A stretch of 64,000 nucleotides of DNA from the NCBI GenBank assembly GCA_035913415.1, contig JAMIIV010000004.1, forward strand, positions 57,767-121,766, given 5' to 3'. The translations under genes and the position numbers were made by a program. Each line of letters opens with the position of its first letter. The first letter of the stretch is position 1. The notes under the pieces are model-generated. The model had not been told where the DNA came from and did not search any database. It worked only from the letters and a program-made list of their open reading frames with translations. The stretch is from Fibrobacteria bacterium (GTDB taxonomy: Bacteria; Fibrobacterota; Fibrobacteria; UBA5070). Shown here piece by piece: positions 8,921 through 18,854 of this stretch.

Positions 8921-9724
8921 TCATGGCGCGGGGACGAACCGCAGGAAGGCGCCGTCGCCCGAGAGGTCGAGCCATCGGGTGTGGGTATCCTGGCGGACGA
9001 TCCAACTGTCCTGGAACAGGCTGTACGCACTCCTGCCGGAAAGCCACGAGGCCAGCGAGGAATCGATGCCCTGGGAAACGAGGGTGGAGGCGTCCGGCCA
9101 GGTGAAGCTCTGGAACGGCGTCGCTTCCAGGAGGTTGCGGGAGGAGTCTTCCAGCCAGGCGCTGTCGGCTCCCAGACGGAGATAGGTGGCAGACGGCGCG
9201 CGCCAGCGCCCTGCGGCGAAGCGTCCGGTGCCGTCGGGCACGAGAGGGACCGAATGGAGGGAGACCACCAGACCGTTGCCGTGGGGTTCGATCAGGATCC
9301 AGCCGTCGGGATTGCGGGAGGCCAGGCGTCCTTGGAGTTGGTCCAGTCGCCAGTGGGGCCCGATGCGCTCGGCGATGCGTCCGTGGTAGAGGGTGTCTTC
9401 TGGTCTGTCCGTCCCGGTGGACTGGACCAGGACGATCCGATCGGGGGATGGCAGTCGGATGGTCAGTCGGAAACCGTCCATGTCCTTGCCGAGGACCTGG
9501 TTTGCCACCCATCCGTTGGGGCGTGACACGAACAGGATGCTTTCCTTGAGCGTGGTGTCGCGCGACAGGATCGTGTCGGGAAGATGGATGGCCACCGTAT
9601 CGGTGCGCTGCGACGGCGAGGGAAGCTCGGTGCCTCCTCCTAGATCGCAACCGAAGAAGAAGCCCACCGACAGGGACAGGGTGATGGAAGCCCGGAAGGT
9701 GGCGGGGACGGACGATGGGTTCAT
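8921..9724 (-). CDS. lipoprotein of unknown function (267 aa)
   Basis: Internal Met of ORF 8921..9973. MNPSSVPATFRASITLSLSVGFFFGC is a signal peptide with a lipobox. Confidence 0.55.
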   Translation of the reverse strand: MNPSSVPATFRASITLSLSVGFFFGCDLGGGTELPSPSQRTDTVAIHLPDTILSRDTTLKESILFVSRPNGWVANQVLGKDMDGFRLTIRLPSPDRIVLVQSTGTDRPEDTLYHGRIAERIGPHWRLDQLQGRLASRNPDGWILIEPHGNGLVVSLHSVPLVPDGTGRFAAGRWRAPSATYLRLGADSAWLEDSSRNLLEATPFQSFTWPDASTLVSQGIDSSLASWLSGRSAYSLFQDSWIVRQDTHTRWLDLSGDGAFLRFVPAP

Positions 9725-9861
9725 GGGGCGATCCTGGGCGGACGGAGGGGGCGGCCGAGACGGAACGTAGACGGCCGCGCGGCGGTGCGCAAGGGCCTCG
9801 CGGATGGTTAAGCTTGTGGATGGTTGGCGATTCCCCTTAGGCCCGATGGAAAGACAATCCC

Positions 9862-10851
9862 ATGGCATCCGAACCCCTGAAGGAGTTCCTTCGCGAGGAA
9901 TCCGCATCGTGGTACGCCGATGGCTTGATCGAGCGTTCCACCTTCGAGACCCTGCAGAACAGGTGGGATGCATCGGCCGGTTTCTTTTCGGGGCTGGTGC
10001 GGTCCCTTGGGGTGTCGGGAGCCCTGATCGGGTTCTTCGGCATTTTGGGGTTCGCGACGGCGATGACAGAATCCGAGGCGTTCGCGGTGTTCGTCCTGAT
10101 GGCCTCCGGGGCGGGGCTGACGGGTTGGGCTTTGCGATTGCATGCCGATCCCCTCGGACGCTTCGTGCACTCCTCCAAATCGCTCCTGCTTCTGGGCATG
10201 GTTCTGGTTTCCACGGGCCTGGCGGTCCTGTTCCACCTGCTGGGGCTGGGGTCGGATGCCATCCTCGCCCTCACGGGTCTGGTGGTGTTGCCGTCGCAGT
10301 TCTTCCTGGCCTACGGGTTCGGCAATTCCTGGCTGCTGGGTTACTCGGCCTTGGGACTTTTCCATTGGGCAGGGGCATGGCAGTCCATGATGGGGAGATC
10401 CACCTACGGAATCTGGATCGAGGATCCCAAGGTGATGGCCTTCGTGGCCGCCACCGCCATCGTGGTGGGCGTCGGACACGAAGGGTGGAAGGCTCCCTGC
10501 GGTGAGTCGTTCGGGAGGGTCTGGAAGGCCTTCGGTCTGGTCTACCTGAACCTCTGCCTGCTGATCGAATCGCTGCGGGGCGGGCAGGGAAACGCCCTGG
10601 CCTGGGGTGGATTCCTGGCCGCGCTGTGCCTGGCGCAGATCGTCGTCGGTGCCCGACGCCACGACGCCCTTTTCCGGGGGTTCGGTATCGTGTTCCTGGC
10701 CATCGACGTCTACACGCGTTTCCACGAATCCTTCTGGGATCGTTTGGAGCTGGGCACCTATTTCCTTGCGGGAGGCGTGGTTCTTCTCGCCACCGGAGTC
10801 GCCCTGGAGGCGGGGATGCGATGGCTCGAGCAGGAAAGGAGCCCGGCATGA
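9862..10851 (+). CDS. DUF2157-like polytopic membrane protein
   Basis: 329 aa. N-terminal ...W..DGLI....FE.LQ.RW followed by multiple TM helices, as in DUF2157 proteins. Confidence 0.6.
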   Translation: MASEPLKEFLREESASWYADGLIERSTFETLQNRWDASAGFFSGLVRSLGVSGALIGFFGILGFATAMTESEAFAVFVLMASGAGLTGWALRLHADPLGRFVHSSKSLLLLGMVLVSTGLAVLFHLLGLGSDAILALTGLVVLPSQFFLAYGFGNSWLLGYSALGLFHWAGAWQSMMGRSTYGIWIEDPKVMAFVAATAIVVGVGHEGWKAPCGESFGRVWKAFGLVYLNLCLLIESLRGGQGNALAWGGFLAALCLAQIVVGARRHDALFRGFGIVFLAIDVYTRFHESFWDRLELGTYFLAGGVVLLATGVALEAGMRWLEQERSPA

Positions 10852-11924
10852 GTCCCGGGCGCACGCGCAACCGAAGAGTGCAGGCCGAACTCGACGAGTT
10901 GACCCGGCTGGGCGTGCTTTCCACCACCCAGAAGCATGTCCTGGCGTCGCGGTATCCGACCAGCCCCTGGGACGTGGCCTCGCTGGCGCGCGTCTTCTCC
11001 GTGTTCGGCATCCTGCTGGTTGCGACAGGAATTGTCGTGCTGGTCCGGGAGCATCTCGACTGGTGGCTCGTTTCCGAAGCGTCCCTGGCCACGGGTGGTT
11101 TCGCCCTCTTGGCGGGAGGTTGGTTCCTCAAGAGCAAGGGGCGTCTGCCCTCGACGGCCGAAGCCCTCGAACTGGGAGGAGCGTTGTTCCTCCAGGGGCT
11201 GGCCTGGGTCCTGGCCGTGCACCATTCCACGGGGAGCGGCGATTGGCCGTCCGTCGTAGGGGTCAACACCGTCCTGGCCGTCGGCATCGCCTACGCCGTG
11301 GCCAACCGATTGGTCCTGTGGTTGGCCTGCGCGAACCTCTTCGTGTGGCTGGGTGGGCGCTCCGGATTCGATTCGGATTGGGGCGCCTACTGGTTGGGCA
11401 TGGACTGGCCGCTGCGGTACCTGGCCCTGGCCGCGGCCATGCTGGGAGTCGGATGGTGGCAGTCCACCATCGGGCGGGGGCGGTGGGCCTCTTTCGGTCG
11501 GGTGTATCTGCACTTCGGCCTGTTGTGCGGCAACCTGGCCTTGTGGTTTCTCTCGCTGTTCGGATCGTACACCGACGGTCATGTCCGATGGACCGGGACG
11601 GAGTCGGAGCGTCTGATCTTCTCGGTGTTCTGGGTATTGGTCTCCTGGGGATGCATGACGGTGGCCGCCCGCACCGGATTGCGTCTGCTGCGGGGCTGGG
11701 GCCTCACCTTCCTGGTGATCAACCTCTACACCTTCTACTTCCAGTTCGTGGTGGCGAACTCCTCCGGTTTGTGGTTCCTGCATATGCTCCTGGTCGGGGG
11801 AAGCCTGCTGGCGCTGGGCGCCAACATGGAGCGCCTGCGCGGTTCCCCGGTCGCCGAGGAAAAGCCTTCGGTGGTATCGCCTCCGGAACAAGGTCCCGAC
11901 GAGGATCACCTGGGCGGAGCCTGA
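10848..11924 (+). CDS. second DUF2157-like polytopic membrane protein (tandem paralog)
   Basis: Internal ATG of ORF 10626..11924, with an ATGA overlap onto the preceding stop. 358 aa. Similar N-terminal LDELTRLGVLSTTQKHVLASRYP segment followed by TM helices. Confidence 0.6.
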   Translation: MSPGRTRNRRVQAELDELTRLGVLSTTQKHVLASRYPTSPWDVASLARVFSVFGILLVATGIVVLVREHLDWWLVSEASLATGGFALLAGGWFLKSKGRLPSTAEALELGGALFLQGLAWVLAVHHSTGSGDWPSVVGVNTVLAVGIAYAVANRLVLWLACANLFVWLGGRSGFDSDWGAYWLGMDWPLRYLALAAAMLGVGWWQSTIGRGRWASFGRVYLHFGLLCGNLALWFLSLFGSYTDGHVRWTGTESERLIFSVFWVLVSWGCMTVAARTGLRLLRGWGLTFLVINLYTFYFQFVVANSSGLWFLHMLLVGGSLLALGANMERLRGSPVAEEKPSVVSPPEQGPDEDHLGGA

Positions 11925-11943
11925 TACATCTCGAGAGGGAGCC

Positions 11944-14532
11944 TCAGTCTCGCAAGGGTACGGACAGGGTCGTGGCACCGGCCCGCACCCAGGCGGGACC
12001 ACTGATTCGGCCGCCGGTCCACCAGGCTTCGCCGCGGGCATCGGGCACCAGGCGTCCAAGCGTGCGGCCGCGCGCGTCGTGTATGGTGGCTTCGCGGACC
12101 AGTCCCGCGACTCCCCAGCCCGATCCGGAGCGCGACACGATGCGTGGGGGGAGAGCGGCCTGTCGACGACCCGCCGTGGCCGTTCCCTCGAAGGCGAAGA
12201 GCACCATGGCCGACCATGGCGCCACCCGCGCGGGTGTGGCGATCCCGCGGCTCCAGGGGTCCATCCACGAGCCGTCCCCGGGGTCGAGTGTCGAGGTCTC
12301 GCTCGAGCCGTTGGCCAGAAGGCGGGACGAAGGGGGCAGGGAGGCGAGTGATTCGGGAACGGTGCGCAGCGAGACATCGTCAATCCAGTAGATGGAATCC
12401 TTGCGGGATCCGTGGAAATCCAGGCGTGCTGCCGCCTCGTCCGCTGTGGCGCGGAAGAGGAAGTCGTGGAACGTCCATGAGGTGTCGAGAGCCGTGGCGG
12501 CGGAAAATCCGAGGGTGGCGTAGTCGCCGGACGAGCGCCGGAAGGTTGGAGTCAGGATCTGTCCGCGATCGAGCCCGCGCGCGCGGAAGCTGAGGCGCCA
12601 GGCCTGGCCGGCCGCGGTGGGGAACGGCGCGCCGGCGTTGACCAGGGGCCCCCTCTGGACCGTGTCTCCGGTGTAGGCCACGCGCAGGCAGTGTCCGACC
12701 CCGCAGGCGGTTCCGGAATCGAGGGACATCCGGTTCTGGGTGGGCCACGACGACCAGCCCAGCCGGACCGAGTCGAAGGTGTTGTTGCGTTGGGTCTGCG
12801 GACCCAGGCGGGGGTCTGTTGTCGCGATCCGTTCCCGGCTCCACAAGGGAAGGTCGTCGCGTCGACAGCCCGCCGAAAGGACCTGGTCGGAGCAATACGT
12901 GTTCCCGACCCACGATCCCAGCGGAACGCTTTGGGTCTGGTAGGTGGAGGCTTGGATGTCCACCCCTTGGCCGCGCAATCCCACCAGGAGGTTGTCCTCG
13001 ATGCGGTTGTCGAACATGTCGCCGGGACCCGCGAGCCCGTCGTGCGCCAGGCGCACCTGGACCCGGTTGCCGAACAGGACGTTGCCCCGGGCGGTCGCGC
13101 GGCGATTGTTGTGGAAGAAGATGCCCGAAGCGGATCCGCTCACCACGTTGGAATCGACCCGGATGTCGTGGGAGCCGTCGTCGAGGTAGATGCCCTGCGC
13201 CGCGTCCCAGGGGTGGGGCCATCCCGAAGGAGCACCGACGGGATCAGCCACCACATTGCGGCGAATCACGCTGCCCTCGGAGCCTACGGCGTCGAATTGT
13301 CCGGTCCAGGTGTAGATGCCGCCGCAGTCGTCGGTGGTCATGCAACTGTGCGCGACCCGGTTCTCCTCCACCAGGGTCCAGCGCCCGCGGAATCCGATCC
13401 CGATGTATCCCGTCGAGTCGACGTCGTTGCGCGCGATCGTGCCCGAATCCCCAGACAGTTCGATGGCGCGTCCGCCGCAGCAACCCGAGCCCATGCCATC
13501 GGGGCCGAGCCGTCGCGCTTGCGCGGTGGCGCGGACGGTGTTGCCTTCCAGTCGGTGGCCGACGCCGTAGCCCACCAGCGCTCCGTTGTTCGCGCCTTCG
13601 ATCCGGTTGTCCGTGAACCGGCCCTCGCGTCCCAGGAAGGAGACGCCCAGGAGTCCTGGAGACAGGAATTGACAGTTCCGGACCTGGACGCCGGTGCCGT
13701 TGCTCTTCACGCCCTGGAGGCCCGTTCCGAAGATCCGCAGTCCCTCCACGCGCACGTGACTGGAGGTCGCCAGGTCGATTCCGACCGAGCGGACCGAGAC
13801 CTCCACGGAGCCTGAGCCACCCTTCCAGGCCAGGGTGGTGTCGGAAAACGACTGGTGCCACGAATCGGCCTCGCCGCCGGCTCCGTGGTTGGTCAGGTAG
13901 AAACGCACGCTGTCGGGAGGTCCGTAGATGGCCTTGCGATCGAAGACCACGCGCCCCGCGTCCGAGCGCACGACGCGGTGCGTCTCGAGGGTCCACATCG
14001 AGGTCCGCAAGTGGATGGACGCTCCGGTCCAGTCCCGGCCCGCCAAGGCGGGAGCCGTCAGGGCGGTGTCGCCGTCCACCGCGGTGGCGATCACCCACCC
14101 GGTGTCGGGAAACCGCGCGACGGGAACGGGGGTGCGCCCCGAGAAGACCGCCCGCGCCACGCGGCCCGGAGGGAGTTTCGCCCGGCGTGCGCCGTCCACC
14201 GATGGCGCCCAGAGACTGTCGGTCCCGCGGATTTCCGGAGGCTCCGCACCCGCCCCCCAGGGAGCGACCACGATGGGCCGCGACACGGTCCCCGAGCGCG
14301 CGATGCGCAGGGAGTCGCGCCACACGCCGCCTCGTTGAAGAAGGATGGAATCGCCGGGCTGGAGGGTGACGGTGGCGACTTTGGACAACGAGCGCCAGGG
14401 AGTCCCGGGGTCGCCCGCCTGGGCGGGTGTCCGGGAGTCGTCGCCGTCGGGTGCCAGGTGGTAGGTGGCGGCGGCCGCGGGCAGGGCCGCCAGCAGCGGC
14501 AACGTGATGACAAGAAACGTCTTCGCGTCCAT
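11944..14532 (-). CDS. secreted right-handed parallel beta-helix (PbH1 repeat) protein, probable polysaccharide lyase/hydrolase, with C-terminal sorting-domain-like tail
   Basis: Internal Met of the spurious 1519-aa ORF. Signal peptide MDAKTFLVITLPLLAALPAAAA. PbH1-type repeats (NRVAHSCMTTDDCGGIYTW, etc.). C-terminus ...IHDARGRTLGRLVPDARGEAWWTGGRISGPAWVRAG... GAGGA ribosome-binding site. Confidence 0.65.
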   Translation of the reverse strand: MDAKTFLVITLPLLAALPAAAATYHLAPDGDDSRTPAQAGDPGTPWRSLSKVATVTLQPGDSILLQRGGVWRDSLRIARSGTVSRPIVVAPWGAGAEPPEIRGTDSLWAPSVDGARRAKLPPGRVARAVFSGRTPVPVARFPDTGWVIATAVDGDTALTAPALAGRDWTGASIHLRTSMWTLETHRVVRSDAGRVVFDRKAIYGPPDSVRFYLTNHGAGGEADSWHQSFSDTTLAWKGGSGSVEVSVRSVGIDLATSSHVRVEGLRIFGTGLQGVKSNGTGVQVRNCQFLSPGLLGVSFLGREGRFTDNRIEGANNGALVGYGVGHRLEGNTVRATAQARRLGPDGMGSGCCGGRAIELSGDSGTIARNDVDSTGYIGIGFRGRWTLVEENRVAHSCMTTDDCGGIYTWTGQFDAVGSEGSVIRRNVVADPVGAPSGWPHPWDAAQGIYLDDGSHDIRVDSNVVSGSASGIFFHNNRRATARGNVLFGNRVQVRLAHDGLAGPGDMFDNRIEDNLLVGLRGQGVDIQASTYQTQSVPLGSWVGNTYCSDQVLSAGCRRDDLPLWSRERIATTDPRLGPQTQRNNTFDSVRLGWSSWPTQNRMSLDSGTACGVGHCLRVAYTGDTVQRGPLVNAGAPFPTAAGQAWRLSFRARGLDRGQILTPTFRRSSGDYATLGFSAATALDTSWTFHDFLFRATADEAAARLDFHGSRKDSIYWIDDVSLRTVPESLASLPPSSRLLANGSSETSTLDPGDGSWMDPWSRGIATPARVAPWSAMVLFAFEGTATAGRRQAALPPRIVSRSGSGWGVAGLVREATIHDARGRTLGRLVPDARGEAWWTGGRISGPAWVRAGATTLSVPLRD

Positions 14533-14594
14533 GGGGTCCTCGGATGGGATGCGGCGCCGGTCGGAACGCCTCCATGGTACCACCCGCGACGGGG

Positions 14595-16550
14595 TCAGGG
14601 AGGTGGCGCGCTCCAGCGCAGCTTGGCCCCGTCGGGGCTGCGCCGACCCAGGGCATCCAGCCGGTCGCCCGCGGGACGCAGGATTCCGGGGGGCGCGAGT
14701 GCGCGGTAGGGGGCGCCTGTCCAGGGGACCAGGTTCTTGCGCCCGAGCTCCCGCAGGGCCTCGATCTCGAAGACGCGGGTCTCGCGCCCGGCCAGGGTCA
14801 GGGGAAATGCTCCCTTGTTGCCGGAGATGTCCAGGCCGCTCAGGCGTCCTGCGGGCAGCTCGCGCACCAGGTACGAGCCATTCTCGACCTTGGCGAAGCG
14901 AAGCGCGCCGGCCACCTGGGATTCGCCGACATTGGACACGACCACGATCACGCTGCCCTTCTGGTCGATGAACGCGTAGCCACCCAGACTGTCGCCCTCG
15001 AAGGACAACGGGCAGGAGTCGCGCACCATGGCCTCGGTGAGGATGGGGGCGATCGCCTCCAGTCGCGCCCTTTCCTCGGGCTTGAGGTGGGTCTTGCCCA
15101 GGTTGTCGACGTAGACGAACCATCCGGAGGGACGATTTTCGGGTCGCAGGTTGGCCAGCGCGGAGTCGGAGACGAAGTAGCCGCCGGGAACGCCTTTCAG
15201 CCGCCACGAGGACACCTTCGGTTCGAACCACCACCAGAAATTGTTCAGACCGGTGTCTTCGGTCTGCCGCTCCAGATCGGTGGAGTAGTAGAAGGCTGGG
15301 CCGAAGGGGTGCCTGGGAATGCGCGAGCGGACCAGTGCCACCAGGCCGGAGTCGATCCAGCCCGCGTCCCAGTAGGCGCGCTGGAAGGCGCGTGGCGACC
15401 GGGAGACCGAGCCGTCGGTCATGGCGTGATGGGTCCAGCCCACGCTCAGCCAGGCGTGGCGCAGGTACGCGGTTCCCCAAGCGGTGTCCTTGCGGTTGTT
15501 GTTGCGCACCGAATTCCAGAAGTTCGACTGCGCGGCGTCCATGTGGGCGCCGAAGGGGAACTCGGGCGCGCGCGCCGCATGGGCACCCATGTCGGTCGCG
15601 GCCTCCCAGTAGTCCTTGACGGGGCGTCCTTCGTCGGCTTGCAGCTCCACCTGGAAGAACCAGTTCTTCGCGGGCAGGTGCTGGAGGTAGATTCGGAAGT
15701 CGTTGCCCAGACCCCGCATCGAGGCCGCATGAGGCAGGATCTGTCCGCCCACCAGGGGCTCGCGTCCGGAGCTGCGGATGATCTCGGCGGTGCGGGCGTA
15801 GAAGCGAGCGAAACGATGGGCCTTGAAGTCGTTCCAGGAAGCCCACCGCTTGGTGCGGATGTGCGAAGCCCGCTCGGAAATGGTGGTCCCGGGCACCGGC
15901 TGGCCCGACCAGCGCTCGAAGTCGTCCATGACCCGGGGATGGAAGTCGTGGTTGCCTCCGTAGAGCCCCACGACGAAATCGGCCGCGTAGAACCCGCGGA
16001 TGTGGACTTCGTTGGCCAGCGTGCCCAGTTTCCAGCCCGCCCAGTCGCCGTAGGTGGCGTCCACGATGCCGGGGGGCCAGTCGGCGGTGTCCAGAGGCAT
16101 GAGGGGGGTGATGTAGCCACCGTGGGGATAGAGGATCTTGCCGTCCCAGTCCCGGGCCAGGTACTTGTCGGCGCGAGGAGCGATCCAGCGCCCCCAGGCA
16201 CCCCATCCCGGTTGCTGGCTCATGTCCCCGAACCCCAGGGCGGTGTCGCCTCCGCGGGCGGCGGTGTATTCGTACCCCCAGGCCACGCAGCTCATCACGG
16301 GGACGCGTCCCTCGTTGGTCAGGCCATCCGCACCCAAGGTCATCTCGTAGTGTTTTTCGCGGATCTGGGGCACCGAATCCCAGAACATCTGCTTGGGCCA
16401 CTGGTAGTTGCCCGCCCCCCAGGGAATGCCGTAGACGCCGCCTTTCTCCATCACGAAGGGAGGACGGTCGGCGTCCGGAGCGGCGTTCGCGATGGCGAAA
16501 CACGACAGGAGTGTTGCGGATAGACGTTCGCGCAGGCGAGGAGGGAACAT
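14595..16550 (-). CDS. secreted glycoside-hydrolase-like TIM-barrel protein (family uncertain)
   Basis: Internal Met of ORF 14595..17306. Signal peptide MFPPRLRERLSATLLSCFAIANAAPDA. 651 aa rich in W/Y/D, typical of CAZymes. In tandem with the beta-helix gene. Confidence 0.55.
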   Translation of the reverse strand: MFPPRLRERLSATLLSCFAIANAAPDADRPPFVMEKGGVYGIPWGAGNYQWPKQMFWDSVPQIREKHYEMTLGADGLTNEGRVPVMSCVAWGYEYTAARGGDTALGFGDMSQQPGWGAWGRWIAPRADKYLARDWDGKILYPHGGYITPLMPLDTADWPPGIVDATYGDWAGWKLGTLANEVHIRGFYAADFVVGLYGGNHDFHPRVMDDFERWSGQPVPGTTISERASHIRTKRWASWNDFKAHRFARFYARTAEIIRSSGREPLVGGQILPHAASMRGLGNDFRIYLQHLPAKNWFFQVELQADEGRPVKDYWEAATDMGAHAARAPEFPFGAHMDAAQSNFWNSVRNNNRKDTAWGTAYLRHAWLSVGWTHHAMTDGSVSRSPRAFQRAYWDAGWIDSGLVALVRSRIPRHPFGPAFYYSTDLERQTEDTGLNNFWWWFEPKVSSWRLKGVPGGYFVSDSALANLRPENRPSGWFVYVDNLGKTHLKPEERARLEAIAPILTEAMVRDSCPLSFEGDSLGGYAFIDQKGSVIVVVSNVGESQVAGALRFAKVENGSYLVRELPAGRLSGLDISGNKGAFPLTLAGRETRVFEIEALRELGRKNLVPWTGAPYRALAPPGILRPAGDRLDALGRRSPDGAKLRWSAPPP

Positions 16551-16597
16551 GCAGGAGAAACTACTCCTCGAGTCGTGGGAACGGGAGATGGCGTGTT

Positions 16598-17752
16598 TCA
16601 CGCCGCCTTGCGTCGGAAGGCCAAAACGGCAGCCAGAAACAGTGTCGACCCGATCGCGGCCAGCTTCAGGTATTCGCCCACCAGACTCGCCGGATCGGCG
16701 CCTCGCAACACCAGGGCCCGAGCGATGTACAGGAAGTGGCGCACCGCGTTGCCCTCGGTGAGCACGAGCATCCAGGAGGGCATGCTCTCCAAAGGCAGCA
16801 GGAATCCGCTGGTGAGGATGAAGAAGATCAGGAAGAACCAGAGCAGGAACAACGCCTGCTGCTGGCTGCTCACGATGGTGGAGATCAGGATGCCCAGCGC
16901 CACGCTGGTGAGGGCGTACAGGGCCAGACCCAGCTCCAGGGCCAGCAGGTCCGTCCCGCCGATCGGCAGGCCGAACCACAGGCCGTTGATTCCCAGGGCG
17001 ATCCAGAAGACCACCTGGCTCAGGATCCAGTAGGGGAGGGACTTGCCCAGCAGGACCTGGACCGGGAGCACGGGCGTGACCAGGAGCTGTTCGAGCGTTC
17101 CGTTCTCGCGCTCCCGCACCAGGCTGAACGAAGTCAGCAGGGCTCCGACCATCGTGACGAGCAGGATGACCATGCCGGGAATCATCGACCAGGAGAAATC
17201 GAGTTCGGGATTCCAGGCGATGGACTCGCGGACCTCGAAGGGCTGCAGTGCACGCGCGTCGAAGCCCTGCGCGACCATCTCGCGCGCCAGGCGCTCCCGT
17301 CCCCACTGTGACACGATCTGTCCGATGTAGGACGCCGCCGTGGCGCCCGTGGAGGCATCCTGGCCGTCGAGGGCGACCTGCACCCGCACCGGTCGTTCCG
17401 GGGGATCGCCATCGCGTTGTTGGCGCTCGAGGTCGCGCCCGAAGCCCTCGGGGAGCACCACCACCGCCAGGAAGTCCCCTCGCAGCAGGCCCGCATGGGC
17501 GTCGGCCGCGTCGGGGGGGGCGCCGCGGAACACGAAACGACCGTTGGTGGCAATGCGCTGCGCCAGCGAGATGCTGGCTTCGGAGCGGTCGAGGTCGACG
17601 ATTCCCAGGGCGATGTTGCGCACGTCGCGGGTCATCGCGTACCCCAGCACCAGGGTTTGCAGGACGGGCAGGATGAACAGCAGGCGCAGGGACAGGGGGT
17701 CGCGCCGGATCTGGAGGAACTCCTTGCGGAACAGGGCCAGGAAACGGCGCAT
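16598..17752 (-). CDS. ABC-2 type transporter permease (YbhR/YhhJ-like)
   Basis: Start MRRFLALFRKEFLQIRRD is typical of ABC-2 permeases. Six C-terminal TM helices. Confidence 0.8.
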   Translation of the reverse strand: MRRFLALFRKEFLQIRRDPLSLRLLFILPVLQTLVLGYAMTRDVRNIALGIVDLDRSEASISLAQRIATNGRFVFRGAPPDAADAHAGLLRGDFLAVVVLPEGFGRDLERQQRDGDPPERPVRVQVALDGQDASTGATAASYIGQIVSQWGRERLAREMVAQGFDARALQPFEVRESIAWNPELDFSWSMIPGMVILLVTMVGALLTSFSLVRERENGTLEQLLVTPVLPVQVLLGKSLPYWILSQVVFWIALGINGLWFGLPIGGTDLLALELGLALYALTSVALGILISTIVSSQQQALFLLWFFLIFFILTSGFLLPLESMPSWMLVLTEGNAVRHFLYIARALVLRGADPASLVGEYLKLAAIGSTLFLAAVLAFRRKAA

Positions 17753-17753
17753 C

Positions 17754-18854
17754 TCAATGCCTCCGGGAGAATCGCCGCGAGGCAAGCGTCAGGATCAGGA
17801 CTCCCTGGCCGGCGAGTATGGCGGCGGGAAACCAGAGTTCGCGCAACGTGGATGCCTTCAACACGATGCCGCGCACGATCTGCAGGTACCAGGTGGCGGG
17901 GATGGCCCACGAGAGCACCTGCAGCGCGACAGGCTGGCTGGCGCGCGGGAAGACGAATCCCGACAGCATGATCGTGGGCATCATCGTGGCGCCCAGGGCG
18001 ATGAGCATCGCGTGCTGCTGGCGCTCGACCAGGGTACTGAACAGAAGCCCCAGGGCCAGGGCCACCAGCAGGTAGAGCGAGGTGGTGGCGGCCAGGAGGG
18101 TCAGGCTGCCGCGCGGGACGACCCCGAATCCGAGCCACCCCACGAGCATGATGACCGCGCCCGTGCCGGCGGCGATCAGGAAGTAGGGCGCGAGCTTTCC
18201 GACGACGATCTCGGCGGGTGTCAGGTCCGACAGCCTGAGGTTGGCCATGGTGCCCGTCTCCTTCTCGCGCACCACCGCGACACTGGTGAGCATGGTGCCG
18301 ATCATGGCGAGGATGGTCGCCATCAGGCCGGGGACGAAGAACAGGGCGCTCTTCTGGTCGGGATTGAACAGGAAGCGCGGGCTGGTCTCGACGAGTTCCG
18401 TAGGCTCCAGCCGGTTTCGGGTGGTGAAATGCTCCCGGAAGAAGGCCGGGAGGGCGGCCGACAAGGTGGTCGCGATCGCGGGATCGGTGCCGTCCAGGAC
18501 CATCCCGATCGTGGCGGGGCCGTCTTCCCGGGAGCGCGAGTACCCGATGGGGATCTGGAGCACAGCGCGCGCGCGGTGGCGCACCATGAGGTCGTCGGGA
18601 TTTCCGCCCCGCTCCACCGCGGCCACCGCGAATTGACGGTTTCCGTCAAGAGCCTGCACGAGCGATCGGGTCTGGTCGTCGGGACGCGGATCGACCACGA
18701 CCACCCTGGCGTCCTCGATCTCGCTTTTCAGGGCGTACCCGAACAGGAACATCATGACCACGGGCAATGCCACGATGATGGCGAGGGTCTGGCCATCGCG
18801 CCAGACGTGGCGGAATTCCTTGCGGGCGATCGAGCCCAGGTGCAGGAGGTTCAC
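17754..18854 (-). CDS. ABC-2 type transporter permease (YbhS-like), GTG start
   Basis: (M)NLLHLGSIARKEFRHVWRD... The GTG start forms a GTGA overlap with the upstream ATPase stop. Confidence 0.75.
   Translation of the reverse strand: MNLLHLGSIARKEFRHVWRDGQTLAIIVALPVVMMFLFGYALKSEIEDARVVVVDPRPDDQTRSLVQALDGNRQFAVAAVERGGNPDDLMVRHRARAVLQIPIGYSRSREDGPATIGMVLDGTDPAIATTLSAALPAFFREHFTTRNRLEPTELVETSPRFLFNPDQKSALFFVPGLMATILAMIGTMLTSVAVVREKETGTMANLRLSDLTPAEIVVGKLAPYFLIAAGTGAVIMLVGWLGFGVVPRGSLTLLAATTSLYLLVALALGLLFSTLVERQQHAMLIALGATMMPTIMLSGFVFPRASQPVALQVLSWAIPATWYLQIVRGIVLKASTLRELWFPAAILAGQGVLILTLASRRFSRRH

Noticed and set aside
13244-14656. Numerous long antisense ORFs (e.g. 13244..14656, 10271..11287, 20577..22445, 21119..22942, 24395..26575)
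   Set aside because: Extreme Arg/Pro/Gly/Ala composition and no start-site signals. Each lies fully within and out of frame with a well-supported gene on the other strand. These are typical high-GC artefacts.
11944-16503. 1519-aa giant ORF
   Set aside because: Only the C-terminal 862 aa (from MDAKTF... with signal peptide and ribosome-binding site) are protein-like. The upstream part is Arg/Pro-rich and is the out-of-frame shadow of the genuine 14595..16550 gene.
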